A stretch of DNA of 64,000 bases from positions 3,456,001 through 3,520,000 of the forward strand of contig OY970296.1 of NCBI GenBank assembly GCA_963716175.1, read 5' to 3'. Positions 42,201-51,995 of the stretch are shown here, one piece after another (positions within the stretch are counted from its first letter, which is position 1; each line of letters begins with the position of its first letter). The position numbers were made by a program, and so were the translations under genes. The stretch is from an uncultured Armatimonadetes bacterium. Its GTDB lineage: Bacteria > Armatimonadota > Hebobacteria > Hebobacterales > Hebobacteraceae. The notes beneath the pieces are model-generated. The model saw nothing but the letters and a program-made list of their open reading frames with translations. It was not told the origin of the DNA and did not search any database.

Positions 42201-42778
42201 AGCGGCATGGCGAGGATGCGATGGATGTCCAGATCGAACAAGTTGGCGCTGGCCGCCGAGGTGGCGACGATGGCAGTGTCAGCGCCATGACCGGTGCCGG
42301 CGCAGGAGATGACCTGCACGCCCTCCGGCAGCACTCCCGCGTCCGCCGCCATGGCGATGATCTCGACGCAGACCTTCATCCCCTGGGAGAAGAGGTAGAG
42401 CGTCTCCGCTATGATGGCGCTGGGCGGGAAGCCCTCGAACTTGGCCCGCAGCGCGCGGTCCACTCCCCCGGTGAGAGCGTGCGTTCCGCACACCAGCTTG
42501 ACGCCGGCCTCGTCCATCAGCTTGCGGTAGCGGGGACTGAACTTCACCTCGTAGATGGCGTCCACGGCCGGGGCCATCTTCACTCCCACGAAGTTGACTT
42601 TCGGGTGGGCCCGGGCGAGAAGGGCGAACTGCGCGCCCACGTAGCCGGTGTTGGTTGCCAGCACCACGTGGCGCGTGCGATGGGAGTTCAGGTAGGCGCC
42701 GACCAGCTTCACGACCGCGCGGGTGTTAGCCTCGGCCTTCCCGGTGTCCTTGAAGTAGACGATCTCTCGCGTCTCCAT
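42197..42778 (-). CDS. pyruvate kinase alpha/beta (PK_C-like) domain protein
   Basis: IVYF..G..NT, VLATNTG, FSQGMKVCVEI..MAADAG, GADTA. Confidence 0.75.
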   Translation of the reverse strand: METREIVYFKDTGKAEANTRAVVKLVGAYLNSHRTRHVVLATNTGYVGAQFALLARAHPKVNFVGVKMAPAVDAIYEVKFSPRYRKLMDEAGVKLVCGTHALTGGVDRALRAKFEGFPPSAIIAETLYLFSQGMKVCVEIIAMAADAGVLPEGVQVISCAGTGHGADTAIVATSAASANLFDLDIHRILAMPL

Positions 42779-42968
42779 GGCTTGCTCGCCCTCCCTGCTG
42801 TTTGGCTCAGCCGGGCAGGTCGCGTGGTTAGGCCCGCTGCCAGGGCCGCCACCCCGGCCGCTGCAAGCGGCCTAGGGGGACACGGCCTACCCTCACTTAC
42901 CGGCTGCTCATTTCGCCACTCGCGCGACTGCCCCTGCCGCTCCTATCCTGCCCACAAGGAGGCGCCCC

Positions 42969-44291
42969 ATGCTCGGTGAAGCCCAGTGCCTCGACTTGCT
43001 GAGCGCTGCTCTGGCCGCCTGCGAGGGCGACCAGGCGGAGGCGATGCTCTACCGCACCAACTCCGCTCTCACCCGGTTCGCCGAGTCGCGCATTCACCAG
43101 AATGTCGCCGAGCTGAGCACGCTCATCTCGGTGCGGGCCATTCTCGGGAAGCGCATCGGGTGCGCGCGCGGAAACCAGCTCGCGGTCGCGGAAGTGCAGT
43201 CGGTGGCGCGCCGCGCTCTGGACCTGGCGCGGGTGGCGGCCGAGGATGGGGCCTTCGTCTCACTGCCGGGGCCCGAGTCATTGCCATCTGTCGCCAGCTA
43301 TGCGGAAGCCACCGCCTCCTCTTCCCCCGAGCGGCGAGCGAAGGCTGCCCGCACCATCGTGGGGATCGCGGAGCGCGACGGCTGCCAGGCTTCCGGGTCG
43401 CTCTCGGCTGAGGCCTCCGAGCTGGCAGTGGCGAACTCACTGGGCGTGCGTGCCTATGCCCCAGCTACTCAGGCCTCACTCGTGCTGGTGGTCAATGACG
43501 AGGAGTCGAGCGGCTATGCGGACTGGCGGGGGATGGACATCTCGCGGGTCGAGCCGGGCGCGGCGGCCGAAAAGGCCGCCGAGAAGTGCCTGGCGGGTCG
43601 GGGCGCCGAGAGCATACCACCGGGCGAGTACCCGGTGATTCTGGAGCCGGCAGCCGTGGGCGATCTCATCATGTTCCTGGGCTACCTGGGGCTGGGCGCG
43701 CTCTCGCTTCAGGAGGGCCGCAGCTTCCTCACGGACCGCCTGGGCGAGAAGGTGATGGGCGAGAACATCACCATCTGGGACGACGCCACTGATCCGCGCG
43801 GCCTGGCCATTGCCTTCGACTGGGAGGGCCAGCCGAAGCGCAAGGTCGTGCTGATAGAGCATGGCGTGGCCCGCCAGGTGGTGTATGACTCCTACACCGC
43901 GAGCCGGGAGGGGAAGAAGACCACGGGCCACGCCTTGCCGGCCCCCAACACCGCCGGCCCTCTTCCCCTCAGTCTCTTCCTGGCCCCTGGGGAGGCGTCC
44001 CTGGACGAGATGATCGCCTCCACCGACCGCGGCCTGCTGGTCACCCGGTTCCATTACGTCAACGTGGTGCATGAGAAGCAGACCATCATCACGGGCATGA
44101 CGCGGGATGGCACGTTCCTGGTCGAGCATGGCAGGATCACCAGGCCGGTGAAAAACCTGCGCTTCACCCAGAGCATCGTGGAAGCGCTCAATCACGTGGA
44201 GATGATCGGCCGCGAGTGCCAGCTCGGCGATTACGCCTATGTGCCGGCGCTCAAGATCGGGAAGTTCGCGTTCACAAGTCAGCAGCCGTGA
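42969..44291 (+). CDS. TldE/PmbA family protein
   Basis: TRFAESRIHQN, PGEYPVILEP, FDWEG, TGMTRDGTF; no HExxxH. Confidence 0.88.
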   Translation: MLGEAQCLDLLSAALAACEGDQAEAMLYRTNSALTRFAESRIHQNVAELSTLISVRAILGKRIGCARGNQLAVAEVQSVARRALDLARVAAEDGAFVSLPGPESLPSVASYAEATASSSPERRAKAARTIVGIAERDGCQASGSLSAEASELAVANSLGVRAYAPATQASLVLVVNDEESSGYADWRGMDISRVEPGAAAEKAAEKCLAGRGAESIPPGEYPVILEPAAVGDLIMFLGYLGLGALSLQEGRSFLTDRLGEKVMGENITIWDDATDPRGLAIAFDWEGQPKRKVVLIEHGVARQVVYDSYTASREGKKTTGHALPAPNTAGPLPLSLFLAPGEASLDEMIASTDRGLLVTRFHYVNVVHEKQTIITGMTRDGTFLVEHGRITRPVKNLRFTQSIVEALNHVEMIGRECQLGDYAYVPALKIGKFAFTSQQP

Positions 44292-45412
44292 CCCCGCGCC
44301 AGCGTTACGTCGAGACTCTCACCTTCGGGAAGCCGGATCGGATTCCGCTGGAACCCGGCTGGCCGCGGGAGTCCACGCTCGCGGCCTGGCATCAGCAGGG
44401 GCTGCCGGAACGCAAGGGCTTCCACCGGGCCCTGCTGGAAACCGTGGGCATCGAGCCCGATGTCACCCAGCCGCAGACCGCAGTGGAGGTCTCGTTCCGT
44501 ATGATCCCTGAGTTCGAGGAGAAGGTGCTGGCGCACGAGCACGGCCACTACCTGGTGCAAGACTGGATGGGCGCGATCGTCGAGATCTCCGACCGCTATG
44601 ACTACACCTACCTGCGGCACGCCAAAGACTTCGTCACCCGCAAGTGGCACCGGTTTCCGGTGCAGACTCGCGCCGACTGGGAGCGGATGAAGCAGCGCTA
44701 TCAGGCGCAGACACCGGGGCGGTTCCCGCAGGATTTCGAGGATAGATGCCGCGCTCTGCGCGGGCGGGATTACGTGGCCGGCATCAGCTTCAACGGGCCC
44801 TTCTGGCAATTGCGGGAGTGGTGTGGATTCGAGGGGCTGTGCCTGCTGATGGCCGACGATCCCGAGTTCGTGCAGGAGATGTGCGAGTTCTGGATCGAGT
44901 TCGTCTCTCAGACCATGGCCCCGATCCTGGCGCGGGTGCAGCTCGATTCCGTCGGCATCTCCGAGGACATGGCCTATAAGGAACACAGCATGATCTCACC
45001 GGAGATGACGCGGCGCTTCCTGCTGCCGGCTTACCAGCGCTGGGTGGGGGAGATCAAAGCCAGCGGCTGCCCCCTCATTGACATGGATTCGGATGGGTAC
45101 ATCGCCGACCTGATTCCGATCTGGATCGAGGCCGGCATCAACTGCTGCTGGCCCGTGGAGGTGGCCGCGGGCAATGACATCGTGGGATTTCGCCAGCGCT
45201 TCGGCAGGGACATGGCCTACCATGGTGGCGTGGACAAGCGCGCCATCGCCAAAGGCGGGGAGGTGATGCGGGCCGAGGTGATGCGAGTGGCCCCGCTGCT
45301 AAAGGACGGAGGCTTCATCCCCGGCTGCGACCACGGCGTGCCGCCGGACATCTCCTGGCCGAACTTCGTCGCGTACGCGCGGTTACTAGCTGAGTTGACC
45401 GGTTGGCTGTAG
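44288..45412 (+). CDS. uroporphyrinogen decarboxylase family protein
   Basis: EDMAYK..MISP, DSDG, GGVDK, PGCDHGVP. Confidence 0.8.
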   Translation: MTPRQRYVETLTFGKPDRIPLEPGWPRESTLAAWHQQGLPERKGFHRALLETVGIEPDVTQPQTAVEVSFRMIPEFEEKVLAHEHGHYLVQDWMGAIVEISDRYDYTYLRHAKDFVTRKWHRFPVQTRADWERMKQRYQAQTPGRFPQDFEDRCRALRGRDYVAGISFNGPFWQLREWCGFEGLCLLMADDPEFVQEMCEFWIEFVSQTMAPILARVQLDSVGISEDMAYKEHSMISPEMTRRFLLPAYQRWVGEIKASGCPLIDMDSDGYIADLIPIWIEAGINCCWPVEVAAGNDIVGFRQRFGRDMAYHGGVDKRAIAKGGEVMRAEVMRVAPLLKDGGFIPGCDHGVPPDISWPNFVAYARLLAELTGWL

Positions 45413-45502
45413 GGCGGGCATACCCTTCGACTTTGCTCAGGGCAGGCCTATGCCCGCCGCCGCGCCATCGGAAGATGCCCTCCTGCGGCCACCGCGCGGT
45501 CC

Positions 45503-46195
45503 TCAGGCCTGGTCCGGCCGCGCTTCCGAGACTGCCGCGCCGGTGGGCAGCACTCTCACCTCCTCCAGGCCGCGCAGGCGTTCGAGCAGTTGCTCCAGGT
45601 AGCTGCTGCGGATGGGCCCCCAGCCCTCGTCGTCCAGCCCGTGAGTGTTGTAGATCAGCCACCCGCTCGGCTGCGCCAGCAGAGCTTCGATCTCTGTGTC
45701 CAAATGGTGCTCGCAGTTCTCGGGGCCGTAGCCGCTTGTGGTCAGCTTCGCCGCGCCGGGATGGGGAAGGGGGTTGAGGCCGCCGCCAGAGGTCCGGAAG
45801 GCGCGCACCACCGACGGCAACCAGGCCTCCAGCTCCGGCGTGGAAGCATTGTAGGGGAAGTTGAAGACGGCCTGGTGGCGCTGGAAGCCCTCCAGCTTCT
45901 GCTCGAACTGATCCAGGCAGCGCAGGATCAGGTCCCTGGCCTCGGCGAATGGGAGCAAGCTCTTATTGGCGTGCTTCCAGCCGTGAGGCATGATCTCATG
46001 GCCGCGCGCCGCGAGTTCATTCCAGAGCTTGAAGTCGCCTCGGTCCGTTCCGTACTGGCGCTGCTCGACGGCCAATTCCTGTGGCGCGGCCAGCACGTTG
46101 CAGCAAGCGCGCAGCCCGAACTGCTCGTAGATCTCGGCCGTGCGCAGGCACGATCTGCGAAAACCATCGTCGAAGCTGAGGGAGATGATGTGCAT
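45503..46195 (-). CDS. polysaccharide deacetylase family protein
   Basis: SLSFDDG, GHEIMPHGWKH, FNFPY. Confidence 0.8.
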   Translation of the reverse strand: MHIISLSFDDGFRRSCLRTAEIYEQFGLRACCNVLAAPQELAVEQRQYGTDRGDFKLWNELAARGHEIMPHGWKHANKSLLPFAEARDLILRCLDQFEQKLEGFQRHQAVFNFPYNASTPELEAWLPSVVRAFRTSGGGLNPLPHPGAAKLTTSGYGPENCEHHLDTEIEALLAQPSGWLIYNTHGLDDEGWGPIRSSYLEQLLERLRGLEEVRVLPTGAAVSEARPDQA

Positions 46196-46237
46196 GGTGG
46201 CACGATTCGCAGGCCAGACGCGAGTCTCCTGCCCTCC

Positions 46238-47353
46238 TCAGTAGTCGCGGAGCTTCACTCCGGTCTCGATCATCGCCAGGTAGTTGCTCACCGCGAGGTG
46301 GGATAGGGCAGGGGTGTGGGGCGAGGCGGAGGGGCAGAGGATGAAGCCTCCGCCAGGCCGGCCGGTCATGATCGCCTCCTCGACCAGGGCAGTCACCCTC
46401 TCGGTGGGAGCGGCGTAGAGCTCGCCGATCTGGATGTTCCCCTCCAGGCAGAGCTGCTTCCCCACCCGGCGCTTGGCATCGGCCAGATCAACATCCCCCA
46501 TGGGCGGCGGCTCGAGCGGATGGGTGATATCCCAACCCGCCTCCACGAAATCCTCCAGCAGTGCGCTCACCCTGTTGTGGCAGTGCACGTGCAGCATGCC
46601 GCCACGCTCGTGGATGCGCCTGGTCAGTTTCCGGAAATGAGGCAGCACGAACTCACGGTAGGTCTGGGGCGCATGCAGGGGAGGCGCGATCTGCTCGGAG
46701 CCATTAGTGGCGAATACCGGGCCCGCGCCGGCCTGGAGCATGAACTCGACCGCAGCAAGGACTCTCTCCTCGAAGGCCTCCAACAGCCGGAAGAGCAGGC
46801 TGCGATGCTCTACCCACCAGTAGGCAAAGGTCTCTGAGCCGAGCAGATCGTGCACGCACTCGGAGGCCTGCGGACAATTGCACATGGTCAGGTTGGCCGG
46901 CCAGCGCTCGCAAGTCTGGAAGTACTCGGAGAGGGCTATCGGCGGGGCGACATACGGCACGGACAGCGCGCGGTCCACATCCTCAGGCCGCTTCAGGAAG
47001 TAGCTCTTGGTGAGAGGGAGGTAGTCGAGCTTCGACTCCCAGTAGTCTTGGGAGAGGTCGCCTTTCGGAGTGTGGAGGATGGCGCGATGGATGGTCCAGT
47101 CGCCGGCGTCTACCGTCAGGGTCTCGGTGATCTCCTCCTCGGCCCGGGTGAACAGCGGCAGGCCCAGACCGCCGACGGGCGGATGGGGGATGACATCGCA
47201 GTGTTCCAGCACCGCATCTATCAGTGGCCGGTAGGAGCGGTCACGGGTGGCCACCCAATCGGGCTCCCAGACGCGCGCCCCGCGGATGTTGATCGGCATC
47301 CGGTCGGGCTGCTCCCGGCGCATGGCGGCCAGCACACGCTCTCGCGAGGTCAT
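46238..47353 (-). CDS. uroporphyrinogen decarboxylase family protein
   Basis: MTSRERVLAAMRREQPDR, HVHCH, PLEPPPMGD, GGGFIL. Confidence 0.78.
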   Translation of the reverse strand: MTSRERVLAAMRREQPDRMPINIRGARVWEPDWVATRDRSYRPLIDAVLEHCDVIPHPPVGGLGLPLFTRAEEEITETLTVDAGDWTIHRAILHTPKGDLSQDYWESKLDYLPLTKSYFLKRPEDVDRALSVPYVAPPIALSEYFQTCERWPANLTMCNCPQASECVHDLLGSETFAYWWVEHRSLLFRLLEAFEERVLAAVEFMLQAGAGPVFATNGSEQIAPPLHAPQTYREFVLPHFRKLTRRIHERGGMLHVHCHNRVSALLEDFVEAGWDITHPLEPPPMGDVDLADAKRRVGKQLCLEGNIQIGELYAAPTERVTALVEEAIMTGRPGGGFILCPSASPHTPALSHLAVSNYLAMIETGVKLRDY

Positions 47354-47549
47354 GGAGACAGCTCTCCTAACGAATGCGCAGGCCTTCGCTGATCGCAGGG
47401 CGATACCTCCTGGCTGGTTCTTCTCAAGAGCAGGTGCGGACAGCCGGACGGCCAAGAGGCTCTATGGGTGTTCCGGAGCTTTGGGTGTTCCGGGACTTCC
47501 AGTCCCGAAACCGCGATGCATCGCCGGCGTGTGGGGAGCGAGGTGAGGC

Positions 47550-48245
47550 ATGGTGACAGTGCTGCTGGTCGAAGACGACGCTCAGGTCCGGGAGTTGGTG
47601 GCGCGATATCTGCAGCGAGAGGGGCTGACGACGGTGGCCGTCCCCACCGGCGGCGCCGGGCTGGAGGCGATGGCCTCCCGCCAGCCCGACCTGGTGATCC
47701 TGGATGTGAACCTGCCGGATCTTGACGGCTGGTCAATCCTGCGCCGGATTCGAGATGAGTGGGGCGATGCTCCGGCGGTGATCATGCTGACCGCGCGCAG
47801 CGATGAGCCGGACCGCCTGCTCGGCCTCGATCTGGGGGCAGATGATTACATCGTCAAGCCCTTCAGCCCGAGGGAGGTGGCGGCCCGGGTGAAGGCAGTG
47901 CTGCGACGGACCAAGCGAGCACCCGAGGCCCCGGAGGAGCTGTCTTTCCCCGGGCTGCGACTGGACCTGGCTGGTCACACCGTCTGGCGAGGCGAGGCCG
48001 TTGTCCCTCTCACCTCCAAGGAGTTCGACCTGCTCGCCCGGCTGGCCCAGCACGAGAACCGGGTGCTGCTGCGGGGTGACCTCTACGACGCGGTGTGGGG
48101 CGAGGAGGGACAGGGAGATGATCACACCCTGGATGTGCACATCAGCCGGCTGCGCCGAAAGCTGGCGGGGCCGGACGGGATCAGCTACCTCACCACGGTG
48201 AAGGGCGTGGGTTTCAAGTTCGAGGTGATGGAACGTGCTAGGTAA
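47550..48245 (+). CDS. OmpR/PhoB family response regulator
   Basis: LLVEDD, ILDVNLP, GADDYIVKPF, winged helix DVHISRLRRKL. Confidence 0.93.
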   Translation: MVTVLLVEDDAQVRELVARYLQREGLTTVAVPTGGAGLEAMASRQPDLVILDVNLPDLDGWSILRRIRDEWGDAPAVIMLTARSDEPDRLLGLDLGADDYIVKPFSPREVAARVKAVLRRTKRAPEAPEELSFPGLRLDLAGHTVWRGEAVVPLTSKEFDLLARLAQHENRVLLRGDLYDAVWGEEGQGDDHTLDVHISRLRRKLAGPDGISYLTTVKGVGFKFEVMERAR

Positions 48246-49668
48246 GCCGACGTTGGTTCGCAGCATCGTGCGCCAGCAGGTGTGGGCCACCGCCCTCACC
48301 TTGGGGGCGATCATGCTGGTGTTGCTGATCATCGCCGATGTCATGAACCTGCAGGTGCGGGGTCTGGCGCTGGTGCGGCAGCTCCGCTCCATCGAGTCCG
48401 TGGACATCAGCAGCGACGCGGAGATCGAGACCCGCTCCCGCGCCGGCCGGCAGCAGGTGGGCTTCATCCTGGTTGATGATTCCGGGCACTGGACCGCGGG
48501 CGAGGGCGAGAGAGGTGAGAAGCCACGAGGGCGGGCCGGCGCTCGCTGGCCAGAGGCAGCCACGGTGTTGACCAAAGGCGAACTGCAGGGGCGCGGCCAG
48601 CTCCCGTGGCTGTCCGAGCCCGTGGTGTGGGCGGCCCGGATGATGTATGACCCCGACGGCCAAAGGGTGATCTTGGTGGTGTGGCATCCCGTCAGCGCCA
48701 TTCGTGCCAGCGCCACCAGAACCAGCTATGGCTTTGTCATCCTGGGCACGGTGCTGATGGCCGCGGTGGGGGTAGGGCTGTCGCTGCGCTCCAGCCGGCG
48801 CATCACCCGCCTGCTGGACAGCATCGCCGACTCCAGCACCCGCATGGCCGCGGGCGATTACCGAGTTCATCTCCCGGCCCAGCCGGTGGCGGAGCTGGAC
48901 CGCGTTTCCGATGCCATCAACCGGCTGGCCCAGGACTTGACCACCACGGCCGCCGACCTGCAGGCCGAACACGAGCGACTGGTTCGGCTGGAGCAGCTGC
49001 AGCGGCAGTTCGTGGCCGACGCCTCCCACGAGCTGCGCGCTCCTCTCACCTCCATGCGGGTGACCCTGGAGGCCTGGCAGGACGGAGTGCTGCATCCGGA
49101 GGAGCAGCCGGCGGCGCTAGCCCAACTGCTGCACGAATGCGAGCACCTCTCGGGTCTGATCTCCAAGTTGCTCGATCTTTCTCGCATCGAGTCCGGGCGC
49201 GAGGCGGTGACGCTCACCGCGGTGGAGGTGCCGGCGGTAGTGGAAGAGGTGGTGGCCACCTTCAGGGATCTGCCTGGGGCGGCCATCGTGCTGGCGTTCG
49301 CGGCCGACCTCCCGCGCGCCCAGGCCGATCGCGAGGCGGTGCGGCGCGTGCTCCAGAACATGGTGGAGAATGCCCGCCGGTTCACCTCGGCGACGGGCTC
49401 GATCCGCATCTGGGGCGAGGTGAGAGAGGGCCGGCTCTGTCTCGGCGTGACCGACACCGGCTGCGGGATCGCACCTGAATACCTCCCCCGCATCTGGGAT
49501 CGGTTCGCTCGTGCGCCCCAGGCGCGGGGCGAGGGCAAGGCGGGCAGCGGCCTGGGGCTGGCGATTGTGAAGGCGCTGGTGGAGGCGATGGGGGGCGAGG
49601 TTGGCCTGGACAGCACCTTGGGCTCCGGGACCACGGTGTGGATGCTGCTAGACCAGGCGACCGGGTAG
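48235..49668 (+). CDS. HAMP-domain sensor histidine kinase
   Basis: two TMs, HAMP, DASHELRAPL, N box, DTGCGI, GSGLGLAIVK. Confidence 0.92.
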   Translation: MLGKPTLVRSIVRQQVWATALTLGAIMLVLLIIADVMNLQVRGLALVRQLRSIESVDISSDAEIETRSRAGRQQVGFILVDDSGHWTAGEGERGEKPRGRAGARWPEAATVLTKGELQGRGQLPWLSEPVVWAARMMYDPDGQRVILVVWHPVSAIRASATRTSYGFVILGTVLMAAVGVGLSLRSSRRITRLLDSIADSSTRMAAGDYRVHLPAQPVAELDRVSDAINRLAQDLTTTAADLQAEHERLVRLEQLQRQFVADASHELRAPLTSMRVTLEAWQDGVLHPEEQPAALAQLLHECEHLSGLISKLLDLSRIESGREAVTLTAVEVPAVVEEVVATFRDLPGAAIVLAFAADLPRAQADREAVRRVLQNMVENARRFTSATGSIRIWGEVREGRLCLGVTDTGCGIAPEYLPRIWDRFARAPQARGEGKAGSGLGLAIVKALVEAMGGEVGLDSTLGSGTTVWMLLDQATG

Positions 49669-49758
49669 GGAGGTCCTCCTACCACCGTGATGACGGCGAT
49701 GCAGGCCCACGCGCTGGGCCAGCTTCGACCTGCCCCGTGGCGGCCGACAGCATGTTCG

Positions 49759-49888
49759 TAGAAGCTGTTTCATAACCTTCCCAGGGGAGGTTATGAGACA
49801 GCACTGCACAACGTCAGGCAGTGGCAGGCGCATTTCATGCGAGGGCGTGGTGCGGCCAGCCGGCAGGTAGGTTATGAAATGCGCTCTA
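49759..49888 (+). mobile_element. MITE family B (130 bp, IS5-like ends), copy 1
   Basis: TIRs TAGAAGCTGTTTCATAACCT / AGGTTATGAAATGCGCTCTA; 4 mismatches to the copy at 63185-63314. Confidence 0.8.
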
Positions 49889-49989
49889 AGGAGCGTCGCC
49901 GAATGAAGTAACGCGGCGAAGCTCAAGAGGCGGCCCACACAGGCATAGGGCGATGTTCGCACATTACTTCGTTGTGCGAACATCATTAG
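49886..49989 (-). mobile_element. MITE family A copy (104 bp, inverted), abutting family B
   Basis: GATGTTCGCACATTACTTCGTTGTGCGAACATCATTAG is the reverse complement of the 21366 left end. Confidence 0.75.
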
Positions 49990-50106
49990 TACAGACGCGC
50001 GGTTAGTTGCCGCAAATATGAGACACAGTTGAAGTTCCTGAGAAGTACCTCTGCTACCATCTCCAGCACTCGGGCATCGCCCGAAGACTACCATTGGAGG
50101 TAGGAG

Positions 50107-50472
50107 ATGAAGAGGTTCCTGGTAGGGTGCACTGTTCTGGGTCTCCTCTTGGGCATGGCAAGCGGTGTCTTCGCTGTCCAGAAGAGAGCCAAGGGCAAGG
50201 CGGCAGCAAAGCCGGCCGCGGCTGCGACCAAGGCGGCGACGGCTGAGCCTGCGGCCGCCAAGGCCGCTCCCGCGGAGAAGGCCAAGCCGGCGATGAAGAA
50301 GGCCAAGGGCAAGGCTGTCGCCAAGAAAGCGACCAAGAAGGTCGCAGTGAAGGCGAAGAAGGCCAAGGGCAAGGCTGTCGCCAAGAAAGCGACCAAGAAG
50401 GTCGCAGTGAAGGCGAAGAAGGCCAAGGGCAAGGCCGAGGCCGCGAAGCCGGTCGAGAAGGCGCCCCAGTAG
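50107..50472 (+). CDS. Lys/Ala-rich low-complexity protein with signal peptide
   Basis: AGGAG RBS, signal peptide, exact 60-bp tandem repeat (50295-50435). Confidence 0.75.
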   Translation: MKRFLVGCTVLGLLLGMASGVFAVQKRAKGKAAAKPAAAATKAATAEPAAAKAAPAEKAKPAMKKAKGKAVAKKATKKVAVKAKKAKGKAVAKKATKKVAVKAKKAKGKAEAAKPVEKAPQ

Positions 50473-50498
50473 TAGCAGTCTGGATAGCTGGCGAATGG

Positions 50499-50537
50499 GT
50501 GATGACCTCCGCGGAAAGCGGGGGTCATCACGCTTTT
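50499..50537 (+). terminator. intrinsic terminator
   Basis: GTGATGACCTCCGC-GGAAA-GCGGGGGTCATCAC followed by GCTTTT. Confidence 0.65.
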
Positions 50538-50749
50538 GTGGGGAGAAAGGGCTGGTGTTTCGATAGGGTTTATTCTGGAACCACGCGCGCCGAAAACCAC
50601 ATCTCGGAGGGGATAACCTGGAATTGCGGGCGTCTGACGAATGCCTGTTCGCCGGTTTGGGAGTGCTAAGCCGGAAAAAGAATGCGGCCGCGCTCCTGAG
50701 AGCGAGGTGTGACATTGGGATCTGCAAACAGGGACCCTCGGCGAGCGCC

Positions 50750-50953
50750 CTTCCATCGGACCAGGCCGAACGCTGCGGCGCGCGCCTGGTGATCGCCCTG
50801 CAGAAGGATCTCGTCATTGACCGCTCCACTCTCTTTCGCTGCGTCCAATTCCATCAGGCTTTCTCCCTGGAGGAGATTCTTGCCACGGGGAGACAATCTC
50901 AGCGGGGCCTAACCTGGAGCAAGCTACGCCTCATTTTGGCTCTTGACACGTGA
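50750..50953 (+). pseudogene. DUF1016 (YhcG) N-terminal-like fragment
   Basis: LQKDL..DRSTLFRCVQFHQAF...ILAT...LTWSKLRLIL resembles the DUF1016_N pattern; no clear start. Confidence 0.45.
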
Positions 50954-50979
50954 CGGGGCAAAGGGCCGCGGCAAGTCGT

Positions 50980-51008
50980 TGGACAGCGCGGGATTCATGT
51001 GGTATACT
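50980..51008 (+). promoter_or_regulatory. sigma70-type promoter of the element's left operon
   Basis: TGGACA-17bp-TATACT with extended TG. Confidence 0.6.
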
Positions 51009-51279
51009 CCCTTGCGCTTGATTCCGGCGGCATAGGCTGATCGGCGCAGATAGACAACCTGGCGGCCCGGGTGCCGTGTAGCGGGGCATATGACAGCTCC
51101 GTGTCGACTCATCCGGGTGATCGGCTCCAGTAGGGCCGGGCGGGAAGCACTGGGAACGTCTCCCTTGTGGAGGGGCGCAGTGCAATCCGCCGGTCCAAAA
51201 CCGAATAGATGCGCAGCGCCTTGGGCACTGGCCTCCGTACCACAAAGGACTAAGGCCTCAGACCCGCGGTCAAAGGATG

Positions 51280-51317
51280 AAAGCTGCCATGACCCCATTG
51301 GGGTTATGGCAGCTTTT
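51280..51317 (+). terminator. leader terminator/attenuator hairpin before the first gene
   Basis: AAAGCTGCCATGACCCC-ATT-GGGGTTATGGCAGCTTTT, about 10 bp before the AGGAG RBS. Confidence 0.6.
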
Positions 51318-51338
51318 GCGTTTACAGGAGATCATCCG

Positions 51339-51995
51339 ATGAGCAAAGCTACCAAGAAGCAAGGCACGCACGGCAGCGAGATCGACCAGCTTCAGACCGA
51401 GATCGCCCGCCTCAGCGCCCGCGTCGAAGAAGTGGGTGAGAAGGAGTCCGCGGCCGCGGCCGAGGAGCAACGGCTATCAGGTGCGCTCGGCGCATTGATC
51501 GGCCAGGCCAGGTCGCCCACTGAGATTGGAAAGACCCGGCGGCGGCTCCGGCAGATCGACGAGCAGCGCGCGGATCTGCGCGCTGGGCGGCAGTGGTTGT
51601 TGAGCTCATTGAGCGAAGCGGAGGCCCGCCTCGCCGCGGCGCGGAGGGAGAAGGGACTCCACCTCCTGGAGCGGGATGTGACGGAGCTTCGGAGCCTGGT
51701 GAAGAAACTCGTCGCGCTCGAGGCCGAGTCGGCCAGTACAGGGCAATTGCTGGTGGTTGCCTATGGATCTCTACTCACCCACGCGCGAGAGCTTCGCCAC
51801 GCGACGCCAGGAGGGGGCCTCGTTGACGTGCCGGATCTCGACGACGTGTTGTGGGGAGCCCTTACCAGCGGAGGGCCCGGCGGCAGTGACCACCGTGGAG
51901 CGCTCACGCTGGCGGCCGTCGCCTCCCGAAATGCGCATGCCGAGCTGCGACACTTGTTGGCGATAACCGTCCAAAGTCGGGGGAACGCCGAATGA
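51339..51995 (+). CDS. coiled-coil hypothetical protein
   Basis: AGGAG RBS; long heptad-like helical sequence. Confidence 0.7.
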   Translation: MSKATKKQGTHGSEIDQLQTEIARLSARVEEVGEKESAAAAEEQRLSGALGALIGQARSPTEIGKTRRRLRQIDEQRADLRAGRQWLLSSLSEAEARLAAARREKGLHLLERDVTELRSLVKKLVALEAESASTGQLLVVAYGSLLTHARELRHATPGGGLVDVPDLDDVLWGALTSGGPGGSDHRGALTLAAVASRNAHAELRHLLAITVQSRGNAE

